DNA of 55,715 bases from positions 1 through 55,715 of the forward strand of contig CAZRLM010000001.1 in the NCBI GenBank assembly GCA_964600835.1, in the 5' to 3' direction. Below, piece by piece: positions 10,145 to 18,941 of the stretch; the first letter of the stretch is position 1, and each line of letters begins with the position of its first letter. A model generated the notes under the pieces. The model saw only the letters and a list, made by a program, of their open reading frames with translations, was not told where the DNA came from and made no database searches. The translations under genes were made by a program, and so were the position numbers. The stretch is from an uncultured Oscillospiraceae bacterium. GTDB lineage: Bacteria; Bacillota; Clostridia; Christensenellales; Aristaeellaceae.

Positions 10145-11314
10145 ATGAATCAGCGAGACTTGGCTGAATTGAAACGGCGGCTGAATCCTCAGCATCGCAA
10201 TCCGACGGTAATCCGCGGCTGTTATGTGACCGGCGACGGGCAGGTCATTTCGACGTTTGTCCAGTCGCTGCATGGAATGCCGGACGCGGAAAACGAGAAA
10301 TACATGGCAATCTTCCGCAAGACGCTCTCCGGTACGCAGGGGCAGAACCTGCTGCCGGTGGAGTTCACAGGCGCGCAGGAGACGGAGGCGCATCGTTTGC
10401 TGATGACCCTGCGGGACAGCGCGCTCAAGGACGACGCGGCAGTGGACGCGTTCTTCGAGAAGGTCGTCGCCTACATTCGCGAAAGCGGCGTGGCACGTTT
10501 GCAGTCGGTGGACGCGCAGCAGGCGGCCGATCATTATCTGGTGCTGCTGATGCACGACGGCTATGACGTGCCCTATCGCGACAAGAACGACGAGGCCGAC
10601 ATGGATCGGTCGACGGATGTATTCCACTATATCCTGTGCGGCGTGTGCTCGGTCAAGCAGACAAAGTCGACGCTGAGCTACTTTGCCACGGAGAGCGAGT
10701 TCCACAGCCGCGAGGCGGACTGGGTGGTCGGCGCGCCGGAGCTGGGCTTCCTGTTCCCGGCCTTCGAGGAGCGCAGCGCCAACATCTATGGCGCGATGTA
10801 CTATACGCGCGATATTGCCGATCTGCATGACGACTTTGTCCGCGGCGTGCTGGGGCAGGAGCCGGTCATGCCCGCGCAGGAGCAGAAGGAAACCTTTCAA
10901 ACGCTGCTGCAAGAGACGCTGGGCGAGGAATGCAGCCTGGATGTGATGCAGGCCGTGCACGAGACGGTCAGCACCATGATCGAGGAGCGCAAGGCGGACA
11001 GGCACGCCGATCCGCTGACACTGACCGGTCAGGACGTGCGGAACGTGCTCAAGGACTGCGGCGTGTCCGAGGAGAAGGCGGCGGCTTTCCAGGAGCAGTA
11101 TGGGCAGGCGTTCGGCCAGTTCGCGGAGATTCCCGCGGTGAACGTTGTAACGCCCAAGCAGTTTGTGGTCAACACGCCCAGCGTGTCGATTCATGTTGAT
11201 CCGGAGCACAGCGATCTGATTGAAACCCGCGTGATCGACGGCAAGCGCTACATTCTCGTGCTGGCCGACGGGAACGTCGAAGTCAATGGCGTGAGCGTGG
11301 CCATTCCGGAATAA
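10145..11314 (+). CDS. DUF4317-like cytoplasmic protein
   Basis: RBS AAAGGAG. At 389 aa with the N-terminus MNQRDLAELKRRLNPQHRNPTVIRGCYVTGDG, it resembles the Firmicutes DUF4317 family in length and N-terminal pattern. This is recalled from memory, not searched. Confidence 0.45.
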   Translation: MNQRDLAELKRRLNPQHRNPTVIRGCYVTGDGQVISTFVQSLHGMPDAENEKYMAIFRKTLSGTQGQNLLPVEFTGAQETEAHRLLMTLRDSALKDDAAVDAFFEKVVAYIRESGVARLQSVDAQQAADHYLVLLMHDGYDVPYRDKNDEADMDRSTDVFHYILCGVCSVKQTKSTLSYFATESEFHSREADWVVGAPELGFLFPAFEERSANIYGAMYYTRDIADLHDDFVRGVLGQEPVMPAQEQKETFQTLLQETLGEECSLDVMQAVHETVSTMIEERKADRHADPLTLTGQDVRNVLKDCGVSEEKAAAFQEQYGQAFGQFAEIPAVNVVTPKQFVVNTPSVSIHVDPEHSDLIETRVIDGKRYILVLADGNVEVNGVSVAIPE

Positions 11315-11329
11315 GCAGGCGGATAAGCG

Positions 11330-11370
11330 AAAGCCCTTCGCCCCTCAAATGGGGGGACGAAGGGCTTTTT
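11330..11370. terminator. Bidirectional rho-independent terminator between convergent genes
   Basis: GAAAGCCCTTCGCCCC-tcaaat-GGGGGGACGAAGGGCTTTTT, with an A-run on one side and a T-run on the other. Confidence 0.75.
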
Positions 11371-11388
11371 GATACATGAAACGTCGCG

Positions 11389-11865
11389 TTACGCGTCTGC
11401 CGCGGACAAGGACAGCACGTCCGACAGCGGAATGCGCGTTTCGTCAACCACCAGGATGCGCCGCTGGCTGTCGATGCGCGTCAAACGCCCGGTCAATTGG
11501 ACGCGCTCGCCCAAAGGCGGGCCGGAATCCGGCGCGGGCTGGCTGTCAAGCAGCGCGCGCTCCCGATAGGCGGCGACGGGATGGTAGTACTCGACGGTGA
11601 CGCGGCTGCCGACGGCAAGCTGCGCCATGGCCTGATCAAGGGCGGTCAGCGCGTCCTCGGACAGCTCCGGGCGGGGGATCAGCCGCTGCTCCTTGCGGGC
11701 CATGGCGTCGTCCACACCGGCAACCGCGGCGAAGGGCGCAAATTGCTTGGCGCGGTTGGTGACGCTCATGCGCGGAAATTGTAGCCGGTCGCCCCAGTAT
11801 TCCCGGTGGCGGCGGTATACGGCGGATTTGGTGCGACCTGACGGACGGCGTTGCGTGTCATTCAC
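11389..11865 (-). CDS. YolD-like protein (accessory protein of Y-family polymerase operons)
   Basis: 158 aa with a RAKQFAPFAAVAG motif. It overlaps the upstream polymerase gene by 8 nt, which is the classic uvrX/yolD-type pairing. Confidence 0.65.
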   Translation of the reverse strand: MNDTQRRPSGRTKSAVYRRHREYWGDRLQFPRMSVTNRAKQFAPFAAVAGVDDAMARKEQRLIPRPELSEDALTALDQAMAQLAVGSRVTVEYYHPVAAYRERALLDSQPAPDSGPPLGERVQLTGRLTRIDSQRRILVVDETRIPLSDVLSLSAADA

Positions 11866-13207
11866 CGCTCTTGTGACCTCCGATTTGATGGTTTCTTTCC
11901 CGCATGGTGCCGCAGGCTTGCAGGTTCATGCCGCGCAGCAGGGTGTTGCCGCCAAAGCGGCTGTTGAGCGAAACAGCGGTCTGCTGGACGCGGCGTTCCT
12001 TTTCTCGGCAGGCCGGGCGGTCAAAAAAGCTGAACTGGGCATACTGCTCCGGATGAACGCCGCCGCAGCCGATGGTGACGCGGCGGATGGCGGCGTCACG
12101 GCGGACGACGCGGCGGTAGACCCGCTCAATTTCCGGACGCCAGGTGGCGGCGACGTTGGTCGCTGGCCGCAAACTGGCGGAACTGCCTGCTCCGGCGGGC
12201 TGTTCGCCGTAATCAGCGGAAGGAGCGGCGCTGTAACTGACGAAAAGCGTCATACATTCGGCCACCACGCCTTGGGCGGACAGCTGCATACACAGCGCCT
12301 CCGTCATCTCCTTGACGATCACCAGCCCCTCGTCAAAGGCGTAGTCCCGCATGAGCACCTGACCGGAGGAAAGGCTCCGGCTGCTGGTCTTGTAGCCCTT
12401 GATGTCGGCCATGGTGGTTGTTTCCACGCCCCAGGCGTGATCCAGCAGCAACTCCGCGTCCACGCCGAAAGCCTTGTGGAGCAGATCCTGGCTGACGCGG
12501 GTGACGCCCTCCATGGTGGACACGCCCATCCGGGCCAGGCGGCGTACCGTTCCCGGGCCGATGCGCCAGAAGTCGGTCAGCGGCGTATGACGCCAGAGCG
12601 TGCGGCGATACGTTTCCTCGTCCAAAAATCCGATAAAATCCGGCGCGTGCTTGGCGGTGATGTCCAGCGCGACCTTTGCCAGGTACAGGTTGGTGCCGAT
12701 GCCGCAGGTGGCGCACAGACCCAGCTGACGAGTCACGTCGTCGATGATGGCCACGGCCAGCTCCTTGGCGGTCTTGCCGTAAAGCGCCAGGTAAGGCGTC
12801 ACGTCCAGAAAGCATTCGTCGATGCTGTACACATGAATGTCCTCGGCGCTGACATATTGCAGGTAGACCGCGTAGACGTTGGCGGACATATCCACATAAC
12901 GCTGCATCCGCGGCGGCGCGACGATGTAGCGCAGCGGAACCTGGTGGCCGGATGCGCTGTCGCGATAGGTGGGGGGAATTTCAAAAACGCGGCACCGGTT
13001 GCGCACGCCTTTCGCCTTCATGGCGGGGGACACGGCCAGACAGAGGGTGCTGTTGGAGCGCTCCGGGTCGGCGACGACCAGATCGGTGGTCATGGGATCC
13101 AAGCCGCGGTCGACGCATTCCACCGACGCATAGAAGGACTTCAGGTCGATGCAAAGGTACACGGGGCTTCCGGGCGCGAGACGCGCGGTCGGATCGTCGT
13201 GTGTCAT
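11858..13207 (-). CDS. Y-family (UmuC/DinB/UvrX-like) translesion DNA polymerase
   Basis: VYLCIDLKSFYASVECVDRGLDP...LCLAVSPAMKAKGV...YSIDECFLDVT motifs. RBS GGAGGG. SOS boxes lie in the promoter. Confidence 0.85.
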   Translation of the reverse strand: MTHDDPTARLAPGSPVYLCIDLKSFYASVECVDRGLDPMTTDLVVADPERSNSTLCLAVSPAMKAKGVRNRCRVFEIPPTYRDSASGHQVPLRYIVAPPRMQRYVDMSANVYAVYLQYVSAEDIHVYSIDECFLDVTPYLALYGKTAKELAVAIIDDVTRQLGLCATCGIGTNLYLAKVALDITAKHAPDFIGFLDEETYRRTLWRHTPLTDFWRIGPGTVRRLARMGVSTMEGVTRVSQDLLHKAFGVDAELLLDHAWGVETTTMADIKGYKTSSRSLSSGQVLMRDYAFDEGLVIVKEMTEALCMQLSAQGVVAECMTLFVSYSAAPSADYGEQPAGAGSSASLRPATNVAATWRPEIERVYRRVVRRDAAIRRVTIGCGGVHPEQYAQFSFFDRPACREKERRVQQTAVSLNSRFGGNTLLRGMNLQACGTMRERNHQIGGHKSGE

Positions 13208-13224
13208 CTGTCATCCCTCCTTGC

Positions 13225-13302
13225 AGAACTTATGTTCTCCTTCTGCGCTGATGATAACACGTCGGACGCTATTTGTAAAGCGAACAGGCAAACTTTTGTT
13301 CG
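13225..13302 (-). promoter_or_regulatory. SOS-regulated promoter: -35 TTTACA (13274-13279), -10 TATCAT (13251-13256), flanked by two LexA (Cheo) boxes
   Basis: On the minus strand, TTTACA, a 17 nt spacer, then TATCAT. AGAACTTATGTTCT (13225-13238) is a perfect GAAC-N4-GTTC box. CAAACTTTTGTTCG (13289-13302) has one core mismatch. Confidence 0.7.
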
Positions 13303-13319
13303 TTAATTTCTTCCGGTGC

Positions 13320-13352
13320 AAATAAAAAAGCCGCCCCCACTTGGTTGAGGGC
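13320..13352 (-). terminator. Rho-independent terminator after the methyltransferase gene
   Basis: Minus strand reads GCCCTCaaccaagtGGGGGCGGCTTTTTTATTT. Confidence 0.55.
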
Positions 13353-13366
13353 GAAATGGAAATCGT

Positions 13367-13981
13367 TTATTGCAAGGTCAACAGCCCGGAACAGGCCGAG
13401 AAGCGCTCAAACGTTAAATTGGGGATGCGCCTGGCAAGCTCGTCAAAGACGAAGTAACATTCCTCGTCATCCCATTCGTCGCCGCTGAGCACTTTTTGAC
13501 GCTCCAGCTCCTGACGCGTTTTGAAGGCCACGTCGCCGATATAGATGCAGCCGCCTGGGTTCAGCAGCGAGGGAAGCGTTGAAAGCAGCTTGATCTTCTG
13601 CTCGTCGGTGAGGTGGTGCAGCGAGTAGGTGGCGATAATGGCGTCGTATTTGACGCGGCGGAGCGGCTCGGCCAGCCCGGCGGTCAAATCGCCCGCGCAG
13701 AGCGTCGCGCGGGGCATTTTTTCCTGCGCCAGCGCAATCATCCGCGGCGAGAAGTCCTGGCCGTAGATCGTACAGCCCTGCTCGTAGAGTCGTGCTGTCA
13801 GCGTCGCCGTGCCAAACCCCAGATCAAGCACCGTCCGTTCGGCGCGGGACAGCACGCCGTTATAGATGACATTCAGGATCGCCTTGTAACCGGCGAAGGG
13901 ATAGGCGTCGCTTTCGTCGGACAGGCCGACGCTCTTGTCGTAGCTGTCCGCCCACAGATCAAAGCCTTTGCTGCTCAGCAT
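13367..13981 (-). CDS. Class I SAM-dependent methyltransferase
   Basis: VLDLGFGTATLTARL glycine-rich SAM motif. The preferred start is ATG 13981, 8 nt after AAAGGAG; the ORF track starts at GTG 13990. Confidence 0.75.
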   Translation of the reverse strand: MLSSKGFDLWADSYDKSVGLSDESDAYPFAGYKAILNVIYNGVLSRAERTVLDLGFGTATLTARLYEQGCTIYGQDFSPRMIALAQEKMPRATLCAGDLTAGLAEPLRRVKYDAIIATYSLHHLTDEQKIKLLSTLPSLLNPGGCIYIGDVAFKTRQELERQKVLSGDEWDDEECYFVFDELARRIPNLTFERFSACSGLLTLQ

Positions 13982-13986
13982 GGTAT

Positions 13987-14646
13987 TCACTCCTTTTGCG
14001 CGTACGTCCCGCTGATGAACCGCGCGAGCTTGCCGGGTTCATTCAGGCAGAAGCCCTGCCAGCCGGCGTGCAGCGCGCCCTCGATGTTGCTCGGCGTATC
14101 GTCGATGAACAGCGTGCGGGCGGGTTCCAGGCCGAACTCGTCGATCACGCGGTTATAAATGGCGGGGTCCGGCTTGAGCAGCTTGACTGACGCGGAAACG
14201 ACGAAGCCGTCGAACAGATCAAAAAAGTCATACTTCTTCCGCACATGGTCGAAGGACGCGCCGTGATAGTTGGAAAGCACATACAGCTTTTTGCCGTGGG
14301 CCTTGCAGGCGCGCAGCGCGTCGACGCCCTCCGGAATGACCTCCTTGAGGTCGGGCCAGCGCGCCATCAGCGTGCGGATCAGCGGCAGCAGCTCCTGATC
14401 GCGGCCCGCCATCGCGTTCACCGCCTCCTCGGTGGTGACCAGGCCGTGGTCGAGCATCAGCCAGTAGGGCGTGCGGAAGATTTTGTTCATCAGCTTGGCG
14501 TGAAGCGCTGTTTCCCCAGGAAGGTACTCCTTCAGCAGCTTTTCCGGCGCGAAGGACAGCAGCACGTTGCCAACGTCAAAGACGACCGCGTCCAGCTTGT
14601 CCCAGGGCATGGTGTCATAGAGATCGTCAATCATCAGGCGAATCAT
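13987..14646 (-). CDS. HAD-superfamily hydrolase (subfamily IA-like)
   Basis: VVFDVGNVLLSF (motif I variant), LSNY (motif II) and FIDD (motif IV). RBS AAAGGAGAA. Confidence 0.7.
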   Translation of the reverse strand: MIRLMIDDLYDTMPWDKLDAVVFDVGNVLLSFAPEKLLKEYLPGETALHAKLMNKIFRTPYWLMLDHGLVTTEEAVNAMAGRDQELLPLIRTLMARWPDLKEVIPEGVDALRACKAHGKKLYVLSNYHGASFDHVRKKYDFFDLFDGFVVSASVKLLKPDPAIYNRVIDEFGLEPARTLFIDDTPSNIEGALHAGWQGFCLNEPGKLARFISGTYAQKE

Positions 14647-14768
14647 GAGCGGTTCTCCTTTCTTTCAGGCATCTGTACGCTGTCTATCATAGACGAAAGA
14701 CCGCCGAAAATCAAGCTCTTTTCAATTTCGCGAAAGTGTTGTACAATAGCATTAAGGAGGAGAACAGC

Positions 14769-15929
14769 ATGAAGCGTATATTTTTGACGGTTCTTGACGC
14801 GTGCGGCGTCGGCTGGCTGCCTGACGCGGCCCAGTATGGCGACGAGGGCGCGTGCACCATTGGTCATGTGGTAGACAAGTGCAGCCCTTCGCTGCCGAAC
14901 ATGGCGCGGATGGGATTGGGTCAGATTGAAGGGACGCATTATCCGGCCGATCCCGCGGCGGTTTGCGCGTTCGGGCGTTCCAGAGAGGCCAGCGCGGGCA
15001 AGGATACGACGACCGGCCACTGGGAGTTGAGCGGCCTGCGGCTGGAAAAGCCGTTCCCGACGTTCCCGGGCGGCTTCCCGCAGGCATTCCTGGATCGGTA
15101 CGAGGCGGCGATCGGCCATCGGACGATCGGCAACAAGCCCGCTTCCGGCACTGCCATTCTGGACGAGCTGGGCGCGCAGCATATGCGGGATCATACGCCC
15201 ATCGTGTACACCTCCGCAGACAGCGTGTTCCAAATCGCCTGTCATGAGGACGTGTTCAGTCGAGAAGAGCTGTACGAATTCTGCCGCGTCGCGCGGGAAA
15301 TGCTTCAAGGCGAGCTGGGCGTGGGCCGTGTGATCGCCCGACCCTTTGTGGGCAAGCCGGGCAGCTTTACCCGCACCGCGGGACGGCGGGACTTCTCGCT
15401 GCCGCCCATTGGCCGCACGCTGCTGGACGCGGTCAGCGAGGCGGGAATGCAGTGCTACGGCGTGGGCAAGATCGAGGACATCTTCGACCACAAGGGCCTG
15501 ACCGGCTCCAACCATGCGGCGGGCAATCCGGCCTGCATTGAGGCCTGGATGGACTATATGCGCCAATCCTTCGACGGCCTGTGCTTCACCAATCTGGTGG
15601 ATACCGATATGCTCTACGGCCATCGCAACGACGCGCAGGGCTTTGCGGAGGCGCTCGAATATTTTGACGGCAAGCTGCCAGAGATCAAGGCGCTGATGGG
15701 CGAAAACGATCTGCTGATCGTCACCGCCGATCATGGCTGCGACCCGACCTATCCCGGCACGGATCACACGCGGGAGCATATTCCGCTGATGGTGTGGCAT
15801 CCGGGCATGACGGGCTGCGTCGATCTGGGAACCCGCGAGACGTATGCGGATGTGGCGGCCACCTGCGCGGAATGGCTGGGGCTGCCGGAACGCTTCGGCG
15901 CAACGTCCTTTGCGGATATGCTGAAGTAA
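14769..15929 (+). CDS. deoB: Phosphopentomutase
   Basis: MKRIFLTVLDACGVGWLPDAAQYGDEGACTIGHV matches the DeoB N-terminus. RBS AAGGAGGAG. A TACAAT -10 element lies at 14742-14747. Confidence 0.9.
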   Translation: MKRIFLTVLDACGVGWLPDAAQYGDEGACTIGHVVDKCSPSLPNMARMGLGQIEGTHYPADPAAVCAFGRSREASAGKDTTTGHWELSGLRLEKPFPTFPGGFPQAFLDRYEAAIGHRTIGNKPASGTAILDELGAQHMRDHTPIVYTSADSVFQIACHEDVFSREELYEFCRVAREMLQGELGVGRVIARPFVGKPGSFTRTAGRRDFSLPPIGRTLLDAVSEAGMQCYGVGKIEDIFDHKGLTGSNHAAGNPACIEAWMDYMRQSFDGLCFTNLVDTDMLYGHRNDAQGFAEALEYFDGKLPEIKALMGENDLLIVTADHGCDPTYPGTDHTREHIPLMVWHPGMTGCVDLGTRETYADVAATCAEWLGLPERFGATSFADMLK

Positions 15930-15948
15930 GGGAAAGGGGAAATAGTCA

Positions 15949-16773
15949 ATGGCGGTCACGATGGAAACAATCAGGCAGGCGGCGGAGGCAATCCGCGCAA
16001 AGGTCGGCGAGGCGGAAATCGGCGTGGTGCTGGGCAGCGGTCTGGGCGATTATGCGGAGGCGCTGACGGACGCGCGCTTTGTGGATTATCGGGACATCCC
16101 GGGCTTTCCGACGTCCACCGCGCCCGGACATGCGGGACGGTGGTGGACGGGCATGCTTCACGGTAAGCAGGTATGTATGATGCAGGGGCGCTTCCACGGC
16201 TATGAGGGCTACGATCTGTCCGAGGTCACGATGCCGGTGCGGGTGATGGCGCTGCTCGGCGTGAAAACGCTGATTCTCACCAATGCCGCGGGCGGCGTGA
16301 ACCTGTCCTTCAAGCCGGGCGATTTGATGGTGCTGAACGACTGCATCAACCTCTCCGGCAAAAACCCGCTGACTGGCCCCAACCTGGACGAGTTCGGCCC
16401 GCGCTTCCCGGACATGAGCCGCGCCTATGATCCGGCATTGATTGCGCTCTGCCATGCGCAGGCCGCGCGGCTGGGTCTCGCCGATTCGGTGAAGGAGGGC
16501 GTGTACGTCTGGTTCAACGGCCCGTGCTATGAGACGCCGGCGGAGATTCGCATGGCCCGCGTGATGGGCGCGGATGCGGTGGGAATGTCCACCGTGCCGG
16601 AGACGATCGTGGCGCGTCACTGTGGCATGAGGGTGCTGGGCGTGAGCTGCATCACCAACATGGCCGCCGGCATTCTGGATCAGCCGCTGAACCATCAGGA
16701 GGTCATGGAGGTCGCGAACCGGGTCAAGAACGACTTCCGCGCGCTGCTGGACGCGACCATCGAGGCGATGTGA
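15949..16773 (+). CDS. punA: Purine nucleoside phosphorylase (PNP family, inosine/guanosine type)
   Basis: GVVLGSGLG, GRFHGYEGY, TNAAGG and VGMSTVPE motifs. Confidence 0.9.
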   Translation: MAVTMETIRQAAEAIRAKVGEAEIGVVLGSGLGDYAEALTDARFVDYRDIPGFPTSTAPGHAGRWWTGMLHGKQVCMMQGRFHGYEGYDLSEVTMPVRVMALLGVKTLILTNAAGGVNLSFKPGDLMVLNDCINLSGKNPLTGPNLDEFGPRFPDMSRAYDPALIALCHAQAARLGLADSVKEGVYVWFNGPCYETPAEIRMARVMGADAVGMSTVPETIVARHCGMRVLGVSCITNMAAGILDQPLNHQEVMEVANRVKNDFRALLDATIEAM

Positions 16774-16775
16774 CC

Positions 16776-17510
16776 ATGCGGCGGACAGTGCTGATCACCG
16801 GCGGTTCCCGCGGCATCGGCCGGGCGTGCGTGACGCTGTTCGCGCGCCGGGGCTGGTCGGTATCATTCTTTTGTCGGGAGCGCGAGGACTGCGCGCGGGA
16901 GCTGACCGAATCCTTGCGCGGCGAGGGCTGCGACGTGCGCTGGCTGCGCTGCGACGTGTCCGACCGGGCGCAGGTGACGGAGGCAGTCGAAGCGTTGCTC
17001 AAAACGGAGCATCACTTCGACGCGCTGGTCAACAACGCGGGCGTGAGCCAAATCGGGCTGATGACGGACATGACAGACGACGAGTGGAACCGCCTGTTTG
17101 ACGTGAACGTGAAGGGCGCCTTTCACTGCGTTCAGGCGGTGCTGCCAGGCATGATTTCCCGGCGGCAGGGCGCGATTGTCAATCTGTCGTCCATGTGGGG
17201 CGAGGTGGGCGCGTCCTGCGAGGTGGCCTATTCCGCGTCGAAGGCGGCGGTAATCGGCCTCACCAAGGCGCTGGCCAAGGAGGTTGGCCCGAGCGGCGTG
17301 CGGGTGAACTGCGTTTCGCCCGGCGTGATTGACACGGAGATGAACGCCGCGCTGACAAAGGCCGATCGGGACGCGCTGGCGGAGGAAACCCCGCTTGAGC
17401 GCATCGGTACGGCGGAGGAGGCGGCGCGGGCGGTGCTGTTCCTTGCCGGGGACGACGCGTCCTTCATCACCGGGCAGGTGCTGGGCGTGAACGGCGGGCT
17501 GGTTATTTGA
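16776..17510 (+). CDS. SDR-family oxidoreductase (FabG-like)
   Basis: TGGSRGIGRA cofactor motif, NNAG, and the S...YSASKAA catalytic triad. The start ATG 16776 is preferred over the overlapping GTG 16770. Confidence 0.8.
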   Translation: MRRTVLITGGSRGIGRACVTLFARRGWSVSFFCREREDCARELTESLRGEGCDVRWLRCDVSDRAQVTEAVEALLKTEHHFDALVNNAGVSQIGLMTDMTDDEWNRLFDVNVKGAFHCVQAVLPGMISRRQGAIVNLSSMWGEVGASCEVAYSASKAAVIGLTKALAKEVGPSGVRVNCVSPGVIDTEMNAALTKADRDALAEETPLERIGTAEEAARAVLFLAGDDASFITGQVLGVNGGLVI

Positions 17511-17524
17511 CCATGTGATTCTTG

Positions 17525-17570
17525 AAAGCGGCGTGAGGCGCGTGCGAGATTGCCTTTCTGCCGCTTTTTT
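17525..17570 (+). terminator. Possible terminator
   Basis: AAAGCGGC...GCCGCTTTTTTT with a long loop. Confidence 0.4.
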
Positions 17571-17632
17571 TCGTGCAACAAAAGCGCTGCTTTCGGGTAT
17601 GATAGGGGCAAAACCATGAAGGAGGAAGCAGC

Positions 17633-18808
17633 ATGAGCAAATACCGGAGAATCCTGGCGGCGGCGCTGGCGCTGTGCCTGTGGGTTCCCTTTGCGTCGGC
17701 GTCCGCTGCCCCAGGAAACACGCCCCTGGAGGAAGGTCAGCCGCTTGCGCTTACATCGCCGTCGGTCATTCTGGCGGAAACGTCCACAGGGACAGTTATT
17801 TTTGAAAAGAATGCGGACGAGCAGCGGGAGGCCGCGTCGATCACCAAGCTGATGACTGCGCTGCTGGTCATGGAGGATCTCGACGCGGGAGCCGTCACGC
17901 TGACGCAGCAGGTGACCGTCAGCCCGAATGCCGCGGCGATGAAGGGCAGTCAGGCGCTGCTGGACGCGAACGCCCAGTATTCCCTGGAGGACTTATTGCG
18001 CACCACCATCATGGCCAGTGCCAACGATAGCGCCGTCGCGCTGGCGGAGGCGATCGGCGGCACGGAGGAAGCGTTCGTCCGCCGGATGAACGAGCGCGCC
18101 GCAGCGCTGGGCATGACGGGCACGGTGTACGTCAACTGTACCGGCTACCCGCAGGACGGCCAGCACACCACCGCACGGGACGTGATGCGCCTGTGCTGTG
18201 AGGTGGCGCGCCACCCGGCGTATCACAAGTACGCGAGCGTGTGGATCGACACGCTGACGCATCCGGGCGGACGGGTGACGGATCTGACGAATACCAACCG
18301 GCTTGTCCGGTTCTACGACGGTTGTGACGGCTTCAAAACCGGCTCAACGGATGCGGCAAAGTTCTGTCTGGCGGCCACGGCGGAGAAGAACGGGATGCGG
18401 CTGGTGGCGGTGGTGCTGGGCGCGCCCAACAGTCAAACGCGTTTCAACGAGGCGCGCGCCATGCTGGATTATGGCTTCGCGACCTATCAGCGCACGGTGA
18501 TCGCGCGCAAGGGCGATCGGCTGGGCGCGGCGGTTCCGGTCAAGGGCGGCAGCGCCGAGTCGGTCGAACTGACGCTCGGCAGCGGGCTTTCCATGCTACT
18601 GCGCTCCGGGCAGCAGAAGGGGCTGACGATGGAACTGGCCGTACCCGAGTTTGTCAACGCGCCGATCGCGGAGGGCGACGTGGTGGGCATGGCTCGCGTG
18701 CTGCTGGATGGGCGGATCATCGCCAAGCTGAACTGCCTGGCGGCGTCCGACGTGCCGCGGCCAGGCTTTATTGAGGGGCTGTACAGAATCCTGAACAACT
18801 GGCGCTGA
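17633..18808 (+). CDS. Serine-type D-Ala-D-Ala carboxypeptidase (PBP5/DacF-like)
   Basis: Signal peptide plus SITKLMT (SxxK), SAND (SxN) and KTGST (KTG) motifs. RBS GAAGGAGGAAG. Confidence 0.85.
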   Translation: MSKYRRILAAALALCLWVPFASASAAPGNTPLEEGQPLALTSPSVILAETSTGTVIFEKNADEQREAASITKLMTALLVMEDLDAGAVTLTQQVTVSPNAAAMKGSQALLDANAQYSLEDLLRTTIMASANDSAVALAEAIGGTEEAFVRRMNERAAALGMTGTVYVNCTGYPQDGQHTTARDVMRLCCEVARHPAYHKYASVWIDTLTHPGGRVTDLTNTNRLVRFYDGCDGFKTGSTDAAKFCLAATAEKNGMRLVAVVLGAPNSQTRFNEARAMLDYGFATYQRTVIARKGDRLGAAVPVKGGSAESVELTLGSGLSMLLRSGQQKGLTMELAVPEFVNAPIAEGDVVGMARVLLDGRIIAKLNCLAASDVPRPGFIEGLYRILNNWR

Positions 18809-18831
18809 ACGCGCTGCATCAGGCGGCGGGA

Positions 18832-18856
18832 GGGAAACCTCGCGCCGCTTTTTTGC
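18832..18856 (+). terminator. Rho-independent terminator
   Basis: GCGGCGGGAG-ggaaac-CTCGCGCCGC followed by TTTTTT. Confidence 0.6.
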
Positions 18857-18941
18857 GTGTTGCGATTGATTTTCGGCGGAGCGAGTGCTATGCTGGTGAA
18901 GGGCGGCGTATCTCTTTTGCCGCCGGAAAGAAGGAAAACCT

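Noticed and set aside
11389-13207. The UvrX/YolD-like pair as a possible prophage (SP-beta-like) remnant or mobile element
   Set aside because: No integrase, recombinase, phage structural genes, att-like repeats or obvious compositional break lie nearby. The SOS-boxed promoter fits an ordinary chromosomal translesion operon.
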